64,000 nucleotides of DNA from Terriglobia bacterium. Its GTDB lineage: Bacteria; Acidobacteriota; Terriglobia; JAJPHL01. Under the pieces are notes generated by a model. That model saw nothing but the letters and a program-made list of their open reading frames with translations, was not told the DNA's origin and did not search any database. A program made the position numbers and the translations under genes. The stretch covers positions 5,096-69,095 of the forward strand of contig JAJPHL010000031.1 of the NCBI GenBank assembly GCA_021325275.1, read 5' to 3'. This document shows positions 37,622 to 48,400 of this stretch, piece by piece. Numbering within the stretch: the first letter of the stretch is position 1; each line of letters begins with the position of its first letter.

Positions 37622-37903
37622 TTAAGGTTTGCGTCTGCTGCGAAGGAGCCGCTTGAATCGAGCCTCGCCCTCGCGTCGCTGACGCCTCACCCATTCGTCT
37701 TCTCCCATCGCAGCGAGGTCGGGGTGATCCTTGTCCTTCCAGATTCCGCGCGAGGCGCGCAGGGCGTCAAGCTGGCGCCGCCGGCGCAGTTCCTGACCGA
37801 CAATGTCAGCGACAAACTTGCTGCGATTGCCTTCGCCTGCGATGGCGTCCACTTGACAGGCCAACTGCCGCGGTATCTCGATGATCGACCTTGGTCCTCG
37901 CAT
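37622..37903 (-). CDS. VapB-like antitoxin
   Basis: RHH-like N-terminus NRSKFV; GIWKDKDHPDL..WVR; directly upstream of VapC. Confidence 0.8.
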   Translation of the reverse strand: MRGPRSIIEIPRQLACQVDAIAGEGNRSKFVADIVGQELRRRRQLDALRASRGIWKDKDHPDLAAMGEDEWVRRQRREGEARFKRLLRSRRKP

Positions 37904-37909
37904 AATTTT

Positions 37910-37928
37910 GGATGGCAATCTGCCATCC
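37910..37928. promoter_or_regulatory. Palindromic operator upstream of vapBC
   Basis: GGATGGCA-ATC-TGCCATCC perfect IR. Confidence 0.55.
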
Positions 37929-37950
37929 GTTCCTCCATCTTACCCTACAC

Positions 37951-40569
37951 CTAGCGAGCCGAACGAGTCAACAGCATGAGTTCAGTCACGAAGTAGGGCC
38001 GGTCAAATCCGGGCGCAAAGCCGGGATAGAGCCAGGCGTTCTTTCCTTCCTTCACCTGAAAGTAATACTGGATCGAGTACGGACTGTCGGTGTACTCCGA
38101 GGGAATCGTCGCGTGGAACGCGTCGTCGCGCGGTTCCATCGCCACCGATTGAAACCGCTCCGCTTGATTGACGTGGCGATACCAGAGCGTCGCGGTCGCG
38201 GATTGCGTGCCCAACACTTTCATCTCGATGGGAACCGGGCCGCCGCGAGCAAAAGGTAGCGGCGGCGTGTGCGTGCACGGGCGGTCGTGCATCCGTGGCA
38301 CCGCGAGCACCTGCGCGATTGATGCACTGGCATCAGGGTGAGTCTCGACGAGCACGACAGTCCTCTGCATGTCCGCAAGGTCCGCCTCCATTGCCGGCAT
38401 GCGATCGGCCCAATTTCCACGCAGCCACGGCTGTTCTCCCGCCGTGATGTCAGCAGCGTACACACCTTGCGACGAACTCACAGTTTGTTTCCACGCTTCG
38501 ATCGCAGTCCGGTATTGCTTCGCGGCTGCATCTAGCGCCGCCCGGTCGCCAGAGGTCGCGAAGATCGCGTAGAACACGCCGGCGCGTAACTTTGAAGCAA
38601 AGAACTGTCCGATTCCTGCCTGAATGCGAACGTCGACGGCCAGGCGGCGAAACTCCACGCTTTTCGCGCCCTTCTTCTCGGCTGCGGCCAGTTTTTCGAG
38701 CGCCGCCGCGGCGTCGCCTTCGATCCACTGCGCCACATCGACAGGCGAATACTTGCCGCTTCGCTCTCCGCTCAGAATTTCCGCCGCGCATTGATTCACC
38801 GTGAGGAACAACTGCGGGTCGAGCGGCGAGGTGTTGCCGAATGTTTTCGGCGACGGCGTGTCGCTGTACTGATTTTTTCCCGGCGCCACAATCGGCTGAT
38901 TCGTGTAGATCTCCGGCCAGTAATTGTTGTTCGCCGCCGAGGGCAAATGCGCCGTCGTGATCGTCGGCAAGATTCGCGTGGCGTGCCCCAAAGCCGTTTC
39001 CACATCCGGGGCCGCTTTGCCGAATTGCGTCGCGAGCAAACGGCGCGCGTCGCCGGGCGCAGACGCCGGGTTGTACATCGCGCGGCCCCAAATGCGATAC
39101 GTGTACAAGAACTTCTGCCAATCCCAGCGCGGTTCCAATGAGGCACCCGGTTCAGAGCTGGCATAACCGCAGCGCGATCCCACGCCCGATCCGCGGCGAC
39201 CCTTGAACGAGAGCGGCTCCATCAGGTCCACGCCCTCGCTTCCGCAAAATCCAAACGCGCGCGAGTATTGCGCGGCGGTCGAGGCGTCGCCCCAGAGGAG
39301 AATTCGCCGGCTGCCCGACCAAATGCGATGGATCACGCGATACTTCCGGTCGGCGCGCAGTAAGTCGGCGTAGCCGTAGCGCGTGAAACTGCGCTCGCCT
39401 GTCGAGAGCGCCATCAGGCCCTTCGCCGCGCCCTTGGGAATCTCGAGTTCACGAATGTCCGCCTGGTGATACGGCATTCCCATGTGCTCGGCCCAGAATT
39501 TCGGCGACACCGTGACGGGCATTTTGGTATCGAGCGCCGTCGCCAACATCTTTTCGTCGAGTCCCTTTGAATGCAGATCAATCTCGATCGTCCGGCCCGA
39601 CTTCTCCACGCCCTCGAAAACCGTTCGCCAGAACGGATAGTTTCCTTCCGCCACTCCACTCTCACCATGAATTCGAAATGTCACGCCGGTAATCGCCGGA
39701 CACGCGCGCAAGATCATCGCCAGCGCGTCGCGGCAATACGCCGCATGCGTCTCGGGCGTCAGGCCCTCGATCGTGAAATTCGCGTGCGGGCTGTTTTCCC
39801 ATTGATATCCGTGCGTCCAAATTCCCAACTGAAAATCCAGGTTGAAAACACCGGCGAGCGTCGAGATGTACCGCAGCGTTTCGAGGTTGCGGTCGCGTTC
39901 GGCATCGCTGAGACCAACCGCGCGCACGTTGTAGCCGGGCGGCGACACGAAAAAAGGATACGCGAAGACAAAGTAACAATCCGTGACCTGGCGCAGGAAG
40001 TCGTACCCGATGCCGAGCGCGAGATGAAAGCGGTTGAAGCGATTTTTCGCCAGCATCTCGAAGTACTCGGGCCACATTTCGCGATCGTTGAACCATGGTT
40101 TGTCGTGGTGATCCGAAACAAACAGCCGCGAGACGGCGCGCACGGGATTCGTCGGGTGATCCAAAACCGGCGGCCCCACCGCGATGGCATGGAACGCGTC
40201 CATCCCGAGATGTTCCACGCGATCCGCCAGTTCAAGAAATCCGTAGGTCTGCCCGCGCGCATCGCCGCCGACCACCGACAATTCTCCCGGGGCGGTCATG
40301 GTGAGCCCAAAGCCTTCGGCGATTCCGGCGAAGGGCGCCGCGAAAATCTTTTGGTCGACGCGCGAAACGCCTTTATCGCTAGTGAATTCGGAAACTTCGC
40401 ATCCGCGCGACTTCAAGGCGCGCGCGAGCACGGCCGTCGCCGCGGTTGCCCGCGGGCGAATAATGGCGATACGCGGCGGCCGGAGAGTTGCTTGCGGGAT
40501 CGGCAGCGTCGCGGGGATCATCGCTCCCGCGGCGGCCGTCTTCAGAAATTTGCGGCGTGTCGTCTTCAT
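37951..40569 (-). CDS. Tat-exported glycoside-hydrolase-like hypothetical protein
   Basis: TRRKFLK Tat motif; GGDARG..YG..EL domain as in GH20/67/115 N-termini; barrel-like core; Ig-like C-terminus. Confidence 0.7.
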   Translation of the reverse strand: MKTTRRKFLKTAAAGAMIPATLPIPQATLRPPRIAIIRPRATAATAVLARALKSRGCEVSEFTSDKGVSRVDQKIFAAPFAGIAEGFGLTMTAPGELSVVGGDARGQTYGFLELADRVEHLGMDAFHAIAVGPPVLDHPTNPVRAVSRLFVSDHHDKPWFNDREMWPEYFEMLAKNRFNRFHLALGIGYDFLRQVTDCYFVFAYPFFVSPPGYNVRAVGLSDAERDRNLETLRYISTLAGVFNLDFQLGIWTHGYQWENSPHANFTIEGLTPETHAAYCRDALAMILRACPAITGVTFRIHGESGVAEGNYPFWRTVFEGVEKSGRTIEIDLHSKGLDEKMLATALDTKMPVTVSPKFWAEHMGMPYHQADIRELEIPKGAAKGLMALSTGERSFTRYGYADLLRADRKYRVIHRIWSGSRRILLWGDASTAAQYSRAFGFCGSEGVDLMEPLSFKGRRGSGVGSRCGYASSEPGASLEPRWDWQKFLYTYRIWGRAMYNPASAPGDARRLLATQFGKAAPDVETALGHATRILPTITTAHLPSAANNNYWPEIYTNQPIVAPGKNQYSDTPSPKTFGNTSPLDPQLFLTVNQCAAEILSGERSGKYSPVDVAQWIEGDAAAALEKLAAAEKKGAKSVEFRRLAVDVRIQAGIGQFFASKLRAGVFYAIFATSGDRAALDAAAKQYRTAIEAWKQTVSSSQGVYAADITAGEQPWLRGNWADRMPAMEADLADMQRTVVLVETHPDASASIAQVLAVPRMHDRPCTHTPPLPFARGGPVPIEMKVLGTQSATATLWYRHVNQAERFQSVAMEPRDDAFHATIPSEYTDSPYSIQYYFQVKEGKNAWLYPGFAPGFDRPYFVTELMLLTRSAR

Positions 40570-40571
40570 AG

Positions 40572-41003
40572 TTAATCAAAAGCCGCGCACACATGCGCGG
40601 TCTCCCATAGCACCGCCTCTTGCTCAAATTTCTGTTTGTACGCCGCAATGATCGCCGCGACGTTCTTGCGCACCTCCGGCGAACCGTCGTTGAGCACGGA
40701 AAGCACTTTCGACTTTTCGTGGACGATCCGGCCACTGGCCAGACGGTATTGACCATTTCCATCGAACACCGTAAAGCCCTTCGGGAAACGCGGCGTCACT
40801 TCATCGCGCAAAAACGCTTTCCACTCGCGTTCGCTGACCGTGCCCGGTTTGGCGGCCAGACTGCGCTCGCGGCCAAAGGTGAGCGTGGTGTGCACGAACG
40901 GTTTTTCCGGCGATGTGCATTCAACTTGGGGAACGGCAGGCGGCGCCTGCGCGGTAAATGCGCCGCACAGCACAATGAAGAGCGAGAAAGTGACCAGTCG
41001 CAT
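40572..41003 (-). CDS. DUF3574 domain protein
   Basis: LTFGR..EW.AFL.DEVTPRFP.GFTV.DG.GQ..F.QEAV. Confidence 0.85.
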   Translation of the reverse strand: MRLVTFSLFIVLCGAFTAQAPPAVPQVECTSPEKPFVHTTLTFGRERSLAAKPGTVSEREWKAFLRDEVTPRFPKGFTVFDGNGQYRLASGRIVHEKSKVLSVLNDGSPEVRKNVAAIIAAYKQKFEQEAVLWETAHVCAAFD

Positions 41004-41138
41004 GGCTTAGATTATGGCACTTCAGTCCCAGGATCAGTACTTAGTAGCGAAATGATGGGTACTTAGTGGGAAACCGATGGGCATTTCCCTCGGGAAACGT
41101 TTAGCGGCGAGTGGTTGTCTAACTCGTAGGGGGTGTTT

Positions 41139-41720
41139 ATGAAGAACACCAGACTTTTGGCTCTCGCGGCAATCATCGTCTTTGCTGCAACGGCGGCTTT
41201 CGCGCAGCGTTGCAGCGCACCGGAAGCGGCCTCGCTCGAAAAGGACGTCGCCAAGTACAAGACCGTCACCGTCTCGGTGGACGATTGCGTCGTCACGCTG
41301 AGCGGATCGGTGAACAAACTGTCGGACGCCTGGGATATCGAAAACAAGTTCCGCAAATATCCCTGGGCCTCGCGCGTGGCCAACTACATCACCGTGATCG
41401 GCGGACCCACCGACGACGATAAAGTCCGCAAGGACGTCGCCTGGACGATCGCCGAAAACGGATACAGCAATCTGTACGCGCCGCTGACCATCATGGTCTA
41501 TCGCGGACAAGTGACCCTCGCGGGCGGCGAGCCGAATCCCATGATCCTCGACGACATGCTGTACTCGGTGGCCGGCGTGAAAGGCGTGCACTCCATCGTC
41601 TCCAACGTGACGATGGACGCAGGCCTCAACATCGCGGACTCCACGCATTGGACGCCGCGCACCACGTTCTTCTGGCCGAGCTATGTCGGCCCGATCTATC
41701 CGCAAGATCATCCGCACTAG
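41139..41720 (+). CDS. BON domain protein
   Basis: Signal peptide; two BON-like units (VVTLSGSV; GQVTLAG..VAGVKGV). Confidence 0.75.
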   Translation: MKNTRLLALAAIIVFAATAAFAQRCSAPEAASLEKDVAKYKTVTVSVDDCVVTLSGSVNKLSDAWDIENKFRKYPWASRVANYITVIGGPTDDDKVRKDVAWTIAENGYSNLYAPLTIMVYRGQVTLAGGEPNPMILDDMLYSVAGVKGVHSIVSNVTMDAGLNIADSTHWTPRTTFFWPSYVGPIYPQDHPH

Positions 41721-41747
41721 AACCCACCAAAATTCCGCCTTCAAAAG

Positions 41748-41790
41748 GGGCAGCCGTTTGGCACCATTGCCGCGGCTGCCCTCCTCTGTT
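41748..41790 (+). terminator. Stem-loop after BON gene
   Basis: GGGCAGCCG...CGGCTGCCC stem; weak U-tract. Confidence 0.4.
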
Positions 41791-41840
41791 ACACTCCGCA
41801 TCAATCCCCCGGGGCTAGAGACAATGATGCGGAGGCTTAC

Positions 41841-44800
41841 ATGCTCAAGTCGCGAGCAGCAGTCGGGGTTGTGACGTTTTTCCTTCTCGTGGTTCTCTCC
41901 GTTGGATTGGTCCGGCAAATTCGCCCGCGTCCTTCCGGCGCGCTGAATAAAGCAAAACTTCTGGAAACGTTCGGGCATTTGCCGCTCAGTTTTGAAGTGA
42001 ATCGCGGACAAGCCGACGCGACGGTGAAATTCATTTCGAATGCGCCGGGATTCCGCTTGGCGCTCACCAGCGACGCCGCGGTGTTCGAGTCGCGTGACGG
42101 CAACCAGCATCCCGCGATGCGGCTGAAGCTGCCGCGCGGATCGCAACCGGTCGCCGACGCCCGAGACGCGCTTTCCGGCAAAGTAAATTACCTGATCGGC
42201 AACGATCCCGCGAAGTGGCTCATCGACGTACCGCATTACTCGCGTCTGCGCTATCGTGATTTTTCGCCGGGCGTCGACTTGGTGTTCCACGGCGATCAGC
42301 GCAGTTTCGAGTACGACCTGGAAGTGGCGCCGGGCGCCGAGGTCGCGTCGATCGCGCTGGAGTTCGAAGGCGTTACGCGCATGCACTTGGGAGTTTCCGG
42401 GCGCTTGTTCATGGATACGCCGGGAGGCGAGATCCGCCAAAACGCGCCGGTCATCTACCAAAGTGTCGGCGGACAGCGCCGCTTGGTGCGCGGCGAGTTT
42501 GCGCTTCTGGGCGAGAATCGCGTGGGCTTCAAGGTTGAGGAGTATGATCGCACCCGCACGCTGGTGATCGATCCTTCCCTGCAACTCTTCACGTACCTCG
42601 GCGGCAGCGGCAGCGATCAGGTCAACGGAATCGCGGTGGATGCTTCCGGAAATCTCTTCATGGCGGGCGTCACCACTTCCAGCAACTTCCCAACGCGCGG
42701 CGCGTTTCAGGGCACGGCGAACGGCGGAGCCGACGGCTTCGTCACGAAGATGAGCCAGAACGGTCTGACGATCGTGTACTCCACCTACATCGGCGGCAGC
42801 GGCGACGATCAGGTCAACGGCATCGCGCTGGCCCCCGACGGTACGCCGTGGATCGCGGGCGTCACGGTGTCGACGAATTTCCCGTTGTCCACGGGCATCG
42901 CGCCGTTCCAGTCGGCGAACGCCGGCGGCTCAGATTGTTTCTTCACGCATCTCAACGCCAACGGCAATGGCGTGACGTACTCCAGCTATCTGGGTGGAAG
43001 CGCGAACGACACGTGCAACGGGATCGCCGTCGACGCGCTGGGGCGCGTTTTTTTGACCGGCGGTACGGCGTCCACGAATTTCCCCACGATGTCGCCGTTT
43101 CAAGCGACGTTCCAGGGCGGCGCGTCCGACGCGTTTCTCTCTGTTTTCAATCCGCCGACGATTCAACCGGTGAACGGCTTGATCTACTCGACGTATCTCG
43201 GCGGACCGGGCGCGGACCAAGGATATTCGGTGGCGGTCAACAGCACCGGCAACCCGATCGTCACCGGCGGAACCACGTCGGTGAGTTTTCCCATCACGCC
43301 CGGCAACATTCAGCCGTTGAACAATGGCGGATCCGACGTCTTCATCACCAAGTTTATTGTGCCCGGCGGCCTGGCATTTTCCACGCTGCTGGGAGGCAGC
43401 GGTAACGACGTTGGCTACAGCGTGGCCATTGGGCCCAACAACACGATCTATGTCGCGGGCAGCACGGCGTCCGCGAATTTTCCCACCAAGAGTCCGCAGC
43501 AACTCCTTTACGGCGGAGGTGGCGATTGCTTCCTCGCGACCATCGCGGACTCCGGCCCTCCGCTGTTCAACACGTCGGGCACGCCGCCCGCATTTTCCAG
43601 CACGTTTTTTGGCGGCAGCGGCAACGATTCCTGTAGCGGCGTCGCGGTGGGCCCTACGGGTCTCGCCTATTTGACCGGCGACACCAGTTCATTCAATTTT
43701 CCGATTCTCAATGCCTACCAGGGATCGAATGCCGGCGGACAAAGCGACGCTTTCCTGACAATCCTGGGGCCGGCGATCACCAACAGTACGGCGGCGCCGC
43801 TGGTCAGCAGCACGTTCTTTGGCGGATCGGGTAACGATTCGGGCTCGGCGCTCGCGCTGCTTCCTTCGGGTGGAATATGCATTGTCGGCGCGAGCCAATG
43901 TTCCTTCGGCTCCGGCTCCGGCTGCGGCGGCGGCACGATCAATGGATTCGCGGCGTGTTTCAACAGCGTGCTCGGAACGGCGCCGTGCGTCTATGCGCCG
44001 GGCACGAGTCTGATTGCGTCCGCGCCGAACATCACCAACGCCACCGTTGTGCCGATCTTCAGCGAACCGGCGGGGTGTCCGCTTAGTCCGTCGACAACAA
44101 CGCCTTGGATCCATCTTTCGACAATCAGCGGAGCAATCTCGTTCACGTCGGATCAAAACACCGGAACGACCTCGCGAAGCGGCGCGATCAGCATCGGCAC
44201 GCAAACCATCACCGTGCAGCAAGCGGGCAGCGGGTGTACGTATTCGTGGTCGCCGTCGGCGCTCGACTTCGGGCCGCTACCGGGAACGAATATCATTTCC
44301 GTCACCACAAGTCCCGGATGTCCGTGGTCGGTGGTTCCGAGCGGAGGCGTTTCCGCGTCGACGACTTCGGGACAAGGAAGCGGCAGTATTCAAATCGGCG
44401 TCGGCGCGTTTTCCGGCTCGACTTCGCCGTTGACGCAGCTGCTGAGCGTAACAGGCGGTTCCATCACAATCAATCAAATCGGCGTTCCCGCGCCGAATGT
44501 CGGCGGATTCGTTGGGTCGGCGGCGGCGGGAACGCCGGTGCCCGGCGGCGCCACGAGTCTCTACGGAAATTTCCTGGGATTGCAGACCGTAGTGGCAACA
44601 CTGCTGCCGCTGCCCACATCACTCGCCGACAGCAACACGTCGTTGCTGATCACGAGTCCGCCGTCGACGAAGAGTGGCCGTAACGGCAAGGCGGCCGTCG
44701 GTCCGATCAAGGTGCCTCTGTTTTTTGTCTCGGCGACGCAGATCAATTTCCAGATGCCGTGGGAATTGCTCGGCGCAACTTCGGCTTCGGCGACGGTGAC

Positions 44801-45266
44801 GGCGTTTGGCGTCACCGGACCGCCGGTGACACTGAACCTAACGGCCGCCGCGCCGACGATTTACACGATTAATCAATCGGGCAGCGGACAAGGCGCGATT
44901 CAAATTGCCAACACCGTGTTGTTCGCCGCCGCGGCGGCCAGCATTCCCGGCGCGCAATCGCGACCCGCGGTGAAAGGCGTGGACTATCTGACGATCTACT
45001 GCACCGGGTTGGGCGACGTCACGAATCGCCCAGCCTCGGGCGCGGCGGCATCGGCGGTAAACTTGTCGACCGTCGTCGTTACGCCGACGGCGACCGTCGG
45101 CGGCGTCAACGCGCCGGTGAGTTTCGCCGGACTGTCACCGGGCTTTGTGGGACTTTATCAAGTGAACCTGCAAGTGCCGGCGGGCGCGCCGTCCGGCAAC
45201 AACGTGCAGGTGATTCTGAACCAAGGCGGCACGCCGTCGAACACCGTGACCATCGCGGTGCAATAG
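41841..45266 (+). CDS. SBBP beta-propeller repeat surface protein with BACON and TIGR03437-type C-terminal domain
   Basis: LPLSFEVNRGQ N-terminal domain; repeated YSTYLGGSG.D..GIAVD; C-terminal GFVGLYQVN..SNTVTIAVQ. Confidence 0.88.
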   Translation: MLKSRAAVGVVTFFLLVVLSVGLVRQIRPRPSGALNKAKLLETFGHLPLSFEVNRGQADATVKFISNAPGFRLALTSDAAVFESRDGNQHPAMRLKLPRGSQPVADARDALSGKVNYLIGNDPAKWLIDVPHYSRLRYRDFSPGVDLVFHGDQRSFEYDLEVAPGAEVASIALEFEGVTRMHLGVSGRLFMDTPGGEIRQNAPVIYQSVGGQRRLVRGEFALLGENRVGFKVEEYDRTRTLVIDPSLQLFTYLGGSGSDQVNGIAVDASGNLFMAGVTTSSNFPTRGAFQGTANGGADGFVTKMSQNGLTIVYSTYIGGSGDDQVNGIALAPDGTPWIAGVTVSTNFPLSTGIAPFQSANAGGSDCFFTHLNANGNGVTYSSYLGGSANDTCNGIAVDALGRVFLTGGTASTNFPTMSPFQATFQGGASDAFLSVFNPPTIQPVNGLIYSTYLGGPGADQGYSVAVNSTGNPIVTGGTTSVSFPITPGNIQPLNNGGSDVFITKFIVPGGLAFSTLLGGSGNDVGYSVAIGPNNTIYVAGSTASANFPTKSPQQLLYGGGGDCFLATIADSGPPLFNTSGTPPAFSSTFFGGSGNDSCSGVAVGPTGLAYLTGDTSSFNFPILNAYQGSNAGGQSDAFLTILGPAITNSTAAPLVSSTFFGGSGNDSGSALALLPSGGICIVGASQCSFGSGSGCGGGTINGFAACFNSVLGTAPCVYAPGTSLIASAPNITNATVVPIFSEPAGCPLSPSTTTPWIHLSTISGAISFTSDQNTGTTSRSGAISIGTQTITVQQAGSGCTYSWSPSALDFGPLPGTNIISVTTSPGCPWSVVPSGGVSASTTSGQGSGSIQIGVGAFSGSTSPLTQLLSVTGGSITINQIGVPAPNVGGFVGSAAAGTPVPGGATSLYGNFLGLQTVVATLLPLPTSLADSNTSLLITSPPSTKSGRNGKAAVGPIKVPLFFVSATQINFQMPWELLGATSASATVTAFGVTGPPVTLNLTAAAPTIYTINQSGSGQGAIQIANTVLFAAAAASIPGAQSRPAVKGVDYLTIYCTGLGDVTNRPASGAAASAVNLSTVVVTPTATVGGVNAPVSFAGLSPGFVGLYQVNLQVPAGAPSGNNVQVILNQGGTPSNTVTIAVQ

Positions 45267-45286
45267 GCGCTCCAAGGCAAATCAGG

Positions 45287-45456
45287 AGTGCTGAGTGCTG
45301 AGTCCTGAGTGCTGAGTGAAAAACTCGGACTCAGCGCTCTTTACTCAGCACTCAGGACCCAGCACTCAGGACTCAGCACTCAGGACTCAGCACTCAGGAC
45401 TCAGCACTCAGGACTCAGCACTCAGGACTCAGCACTCAGGACTCAGCACTCAGGAC
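45287..45456. repeat. Heptamer-based array: (ACTCAGCACTCAGG)x8 preceded by inverted (GTGCTGA/GTCCTGA) copies
   Basis: Eight 14-bp units at 45343-45454; complementary arm at 45287-45317; lies between convergent genes. Confidence 0.9.
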
Positions 45457-45463
45457 TTCGCAG

Positions 45464-48400
45464 TTAGTGCACCGCGATTGTCGCGGCGTTGCTGGTCAGA
45501 CCATTCTGATTCAACACCACCGTCACGGCGTTGCTCGCTTGCAATCCTGCGGGAACCGCGACGTTCACCTGATACAAACCAACCAGACCCGGCGTCAGTC
45601 CCACGAATTGCGGGATCACCGGTGTGGTTTGCGTGCCGAACGTGACGGTCACAGGACTCGTAACCAGCGCAAGCGGCTGCGTGCTCGGCGCTGCAAGACC
45701 CGTCGGCACTGACGGATTCGTCGCGCCCAATCCTGTGCAGTAGATCGTGATCACGTCGCCGGCGGTTGCGGGATGCGACGCGTCGATCACTTGCAATCCG
45801 GGATTGTTCAGGATCGCGCCTTGATTCGGCAAGTTGGTCTCCGGCGCTAGGAAAATGCCCGGCGTGGTCGCTTGCACGAACAAGCTGGCCGGCACCGAAT
45901 CGAGCATTTCGGTGTTGCCGCTGAAACCGCGCGCCTGCACCGAAATCTGGGAATTGGGCGTGAGGGTCGTCGGCACCTGCGCGTTGACTTGTCCGTTGCC
46001 GGCGAAGAAGAGCGGCGTATCCACACCGCCCATCGTTACCTTGATTCCGCCGAGCGTGGTGGGTAGCGGGAATCCGCTGTTGCCGTTGTTACCGGTCGCT
46101 AAGTTCGATCCAAACAACGAAACAATTGCGCCCGGCGACACTTGACCGTTCTGTGTAAAGCTCGCGCCGTTCACAAATCCGTTCGCCGAAATCACCGGCG
46201 GCGGCGTGGCGTTTGCGCCCACGGTGCCCGGCACGATTCCCGTGACCGTGGTGAATCCCGCGTTGATGCCGGTGATCGTCACCGTGGCGGGATTGGCCGA
46301 CAGCGGCGTCCACGTAGCGCCGTAAATGCCCGTGCCGATCAGCGAAAGCGACAACGCCGGATCGCCGGTGGAGAAACCCGCGATCACCGTTGCGCTGGTG
46401 ATCGGATTTCCGCAATCGTCGATCAACTGCGCTTCCAAGTTCACCGGATATCCCACGGTTGAGTTGAAATTACTGCCGAGCCCGCGCAGCGCCATGATCA
46501 TTTGCGCCGGCGTACACGTCAGTCCCGACGCGCCGCGCGTGATTTCCGGATGCGTGCCGCTGTTTTTCGGAATCACGAGAAATACCGTAATGTCTTGCGA
46601 CGAGGGAATCGTGGGATACGAGACGGTCACCGTTCCCTGGTAAACGCCCGGCGTGGTGGGCAGCGACGACGCCGATGCGGCAACGTTCACCGTAGCCCCC
46701 GTGGCGCCGAGTTGCGTCGACGTGGAAGTCGCGGTGAGCCAGTTTCCACCCGAAAGCGTCGACACGCTCAGGGTGAACGGAAGCGACGACGCGTTGGCAG
46801 CCGACAACTGCACGCTCTGCGTCAGCACCGTGGGCGTCAGCGCGAATCCCAGCGGATATGCGCTGGGTCCAGGAGGCGCGGTCGGCGGCAGCACGTGCAG
46901 TTGCACCAGCACTTCAGTGGACGGCGCGTTCTGCTCGCTGATGACGAACGTCGAGTCGTACTCGCCCGCCGCCAAACTCGACGCGGACGCCGGCACAGTG
47001 ATCGTCGCCGAGCCGGCGTTGCCGGCAGCGATGGGTACCGGAGAGGTGATCGTTTCCTGAACTTGTCCACGCTCCTGCGCGATGGTGAAAATCTGCGAGC
47101 TCGACAGAGGATTTTGGATATACAACGTTTGGGGAGGCGGCGGCGTCCCACCGGCCGTCATGTAGAACGAAAAGCCGGTTTCCGGCACCCTGTAGACAAT
47201 ATTGCTCTCCTGGAAAATGATCGGCACCGTTTGAGTTTGCGTACCCGCGGTGAACGTAAGATTGCCGGCATACAAGCCGCCCGGCAGATTCGGAAGACGG
47301 AGATTGATGATCGACGGCGAGCCCGGAGTAGCAGTGCCCGACCCTTGACTCAGAGGTGTTGACTGCCCGTTCAACAAAAACACCACACTGAGTGTGGCCT
47401 GCCAATTCAGCGTGCCTCCGCCATTATTCGAGATCTGGACGTACACTGGCAGCGGCGTCGTGGCAACACCCCCGGTGACGATGATCGTCGTGGGCAACAC
47501 AGCCAAGACCGGCGCGCCAGTGGGCGCGGTAACGGTCAATACAACTTGCACCGCCAGCGATGTCGGCGATCCATTGGAGTCGGCAAATGTCACGGTGGTT
47601 TGATACGAGCCGGGACCGAGCGACATCGACGATGCGTTCGGATAAATCGATGCCGTTTGACCGAAGCTGCCGGAGTTCGGCGACACACTGAGCCACGACG
47701 GCATGTTGGTCGTCGCGACGCTCCACGAGCCCACGGCGGGAGTGGCCGAAAGCATCACGGTCTTCGCGGCGGCGGGCGTGGCGGCTTGCACTTGCTGGAA
47801 CGAGAGCGTGGTGGGCGTAACGGAAATGGTCGCCGCGCCGGCGGTCAACGTCACGGGAATCGTGACGCCTGTGCCCGTGGGCGGCGCCACCGAAAGGGTC
47901 GCGGTGTACTGGCCGGGTCCGCCCGTGATTTGCGATGGATCGACGACCACGGTGAACGATCCGTTGCCGGTGGTTGGCGACGGCGCGGCGGTTTGCACCG
48001 AAAGCCAATTACCGCCGCTGGTTGATCTGACGGTCGGCGTCCACTGCAGCGTTGTTGTGACGGCAACCGTCTGCATCGTTTTTACGGTGTTACCCGCGGT
48101 GACATTGAACGCGAGCTGGGTGGGCGCGACGGTGATCGCCGAGCCGCTCACCAAAAACGTTACGCCGAAGGTCACCGGCACCGCGGTGCTGTTTTGCGCG
48201 CTGGGGCCGATGGAAATTGTTCCCGTGTACGGCGTGGAACTTGCTTGTAGTTTCGATGGATCGGCATTGACGGTGAATGATCCATTGCCGTTGCCCGATG
48301 TCGGCGTCGTGGAGAGCCAACTGCCTCCCGTGGTCGCGGTGACCGTGGCGACCCACGCCTGGGACGCCGTGACGGCGACGGGCTGCGATTGCACGACGGG

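Noticed and set aside
41037-41067. GTACTTAGT direct repeat, and CGGGA-N4-TCCCG at 22363-22376, as LuxR/NarL-type sites
   Set aside because: Too short and degenerate to support without comparative data.
45343-45454. Possible CRISPR array
   Set aside because: Contiguous 7/14-bp tandem units with no unique spacers, and no cas genes in the window.
45316-45645. 109-aa ORF with TQHSGLSTQDSALR repeats
   Set aside because: Translation of the DNA tandem repeat; overlaps a real gene antisense.
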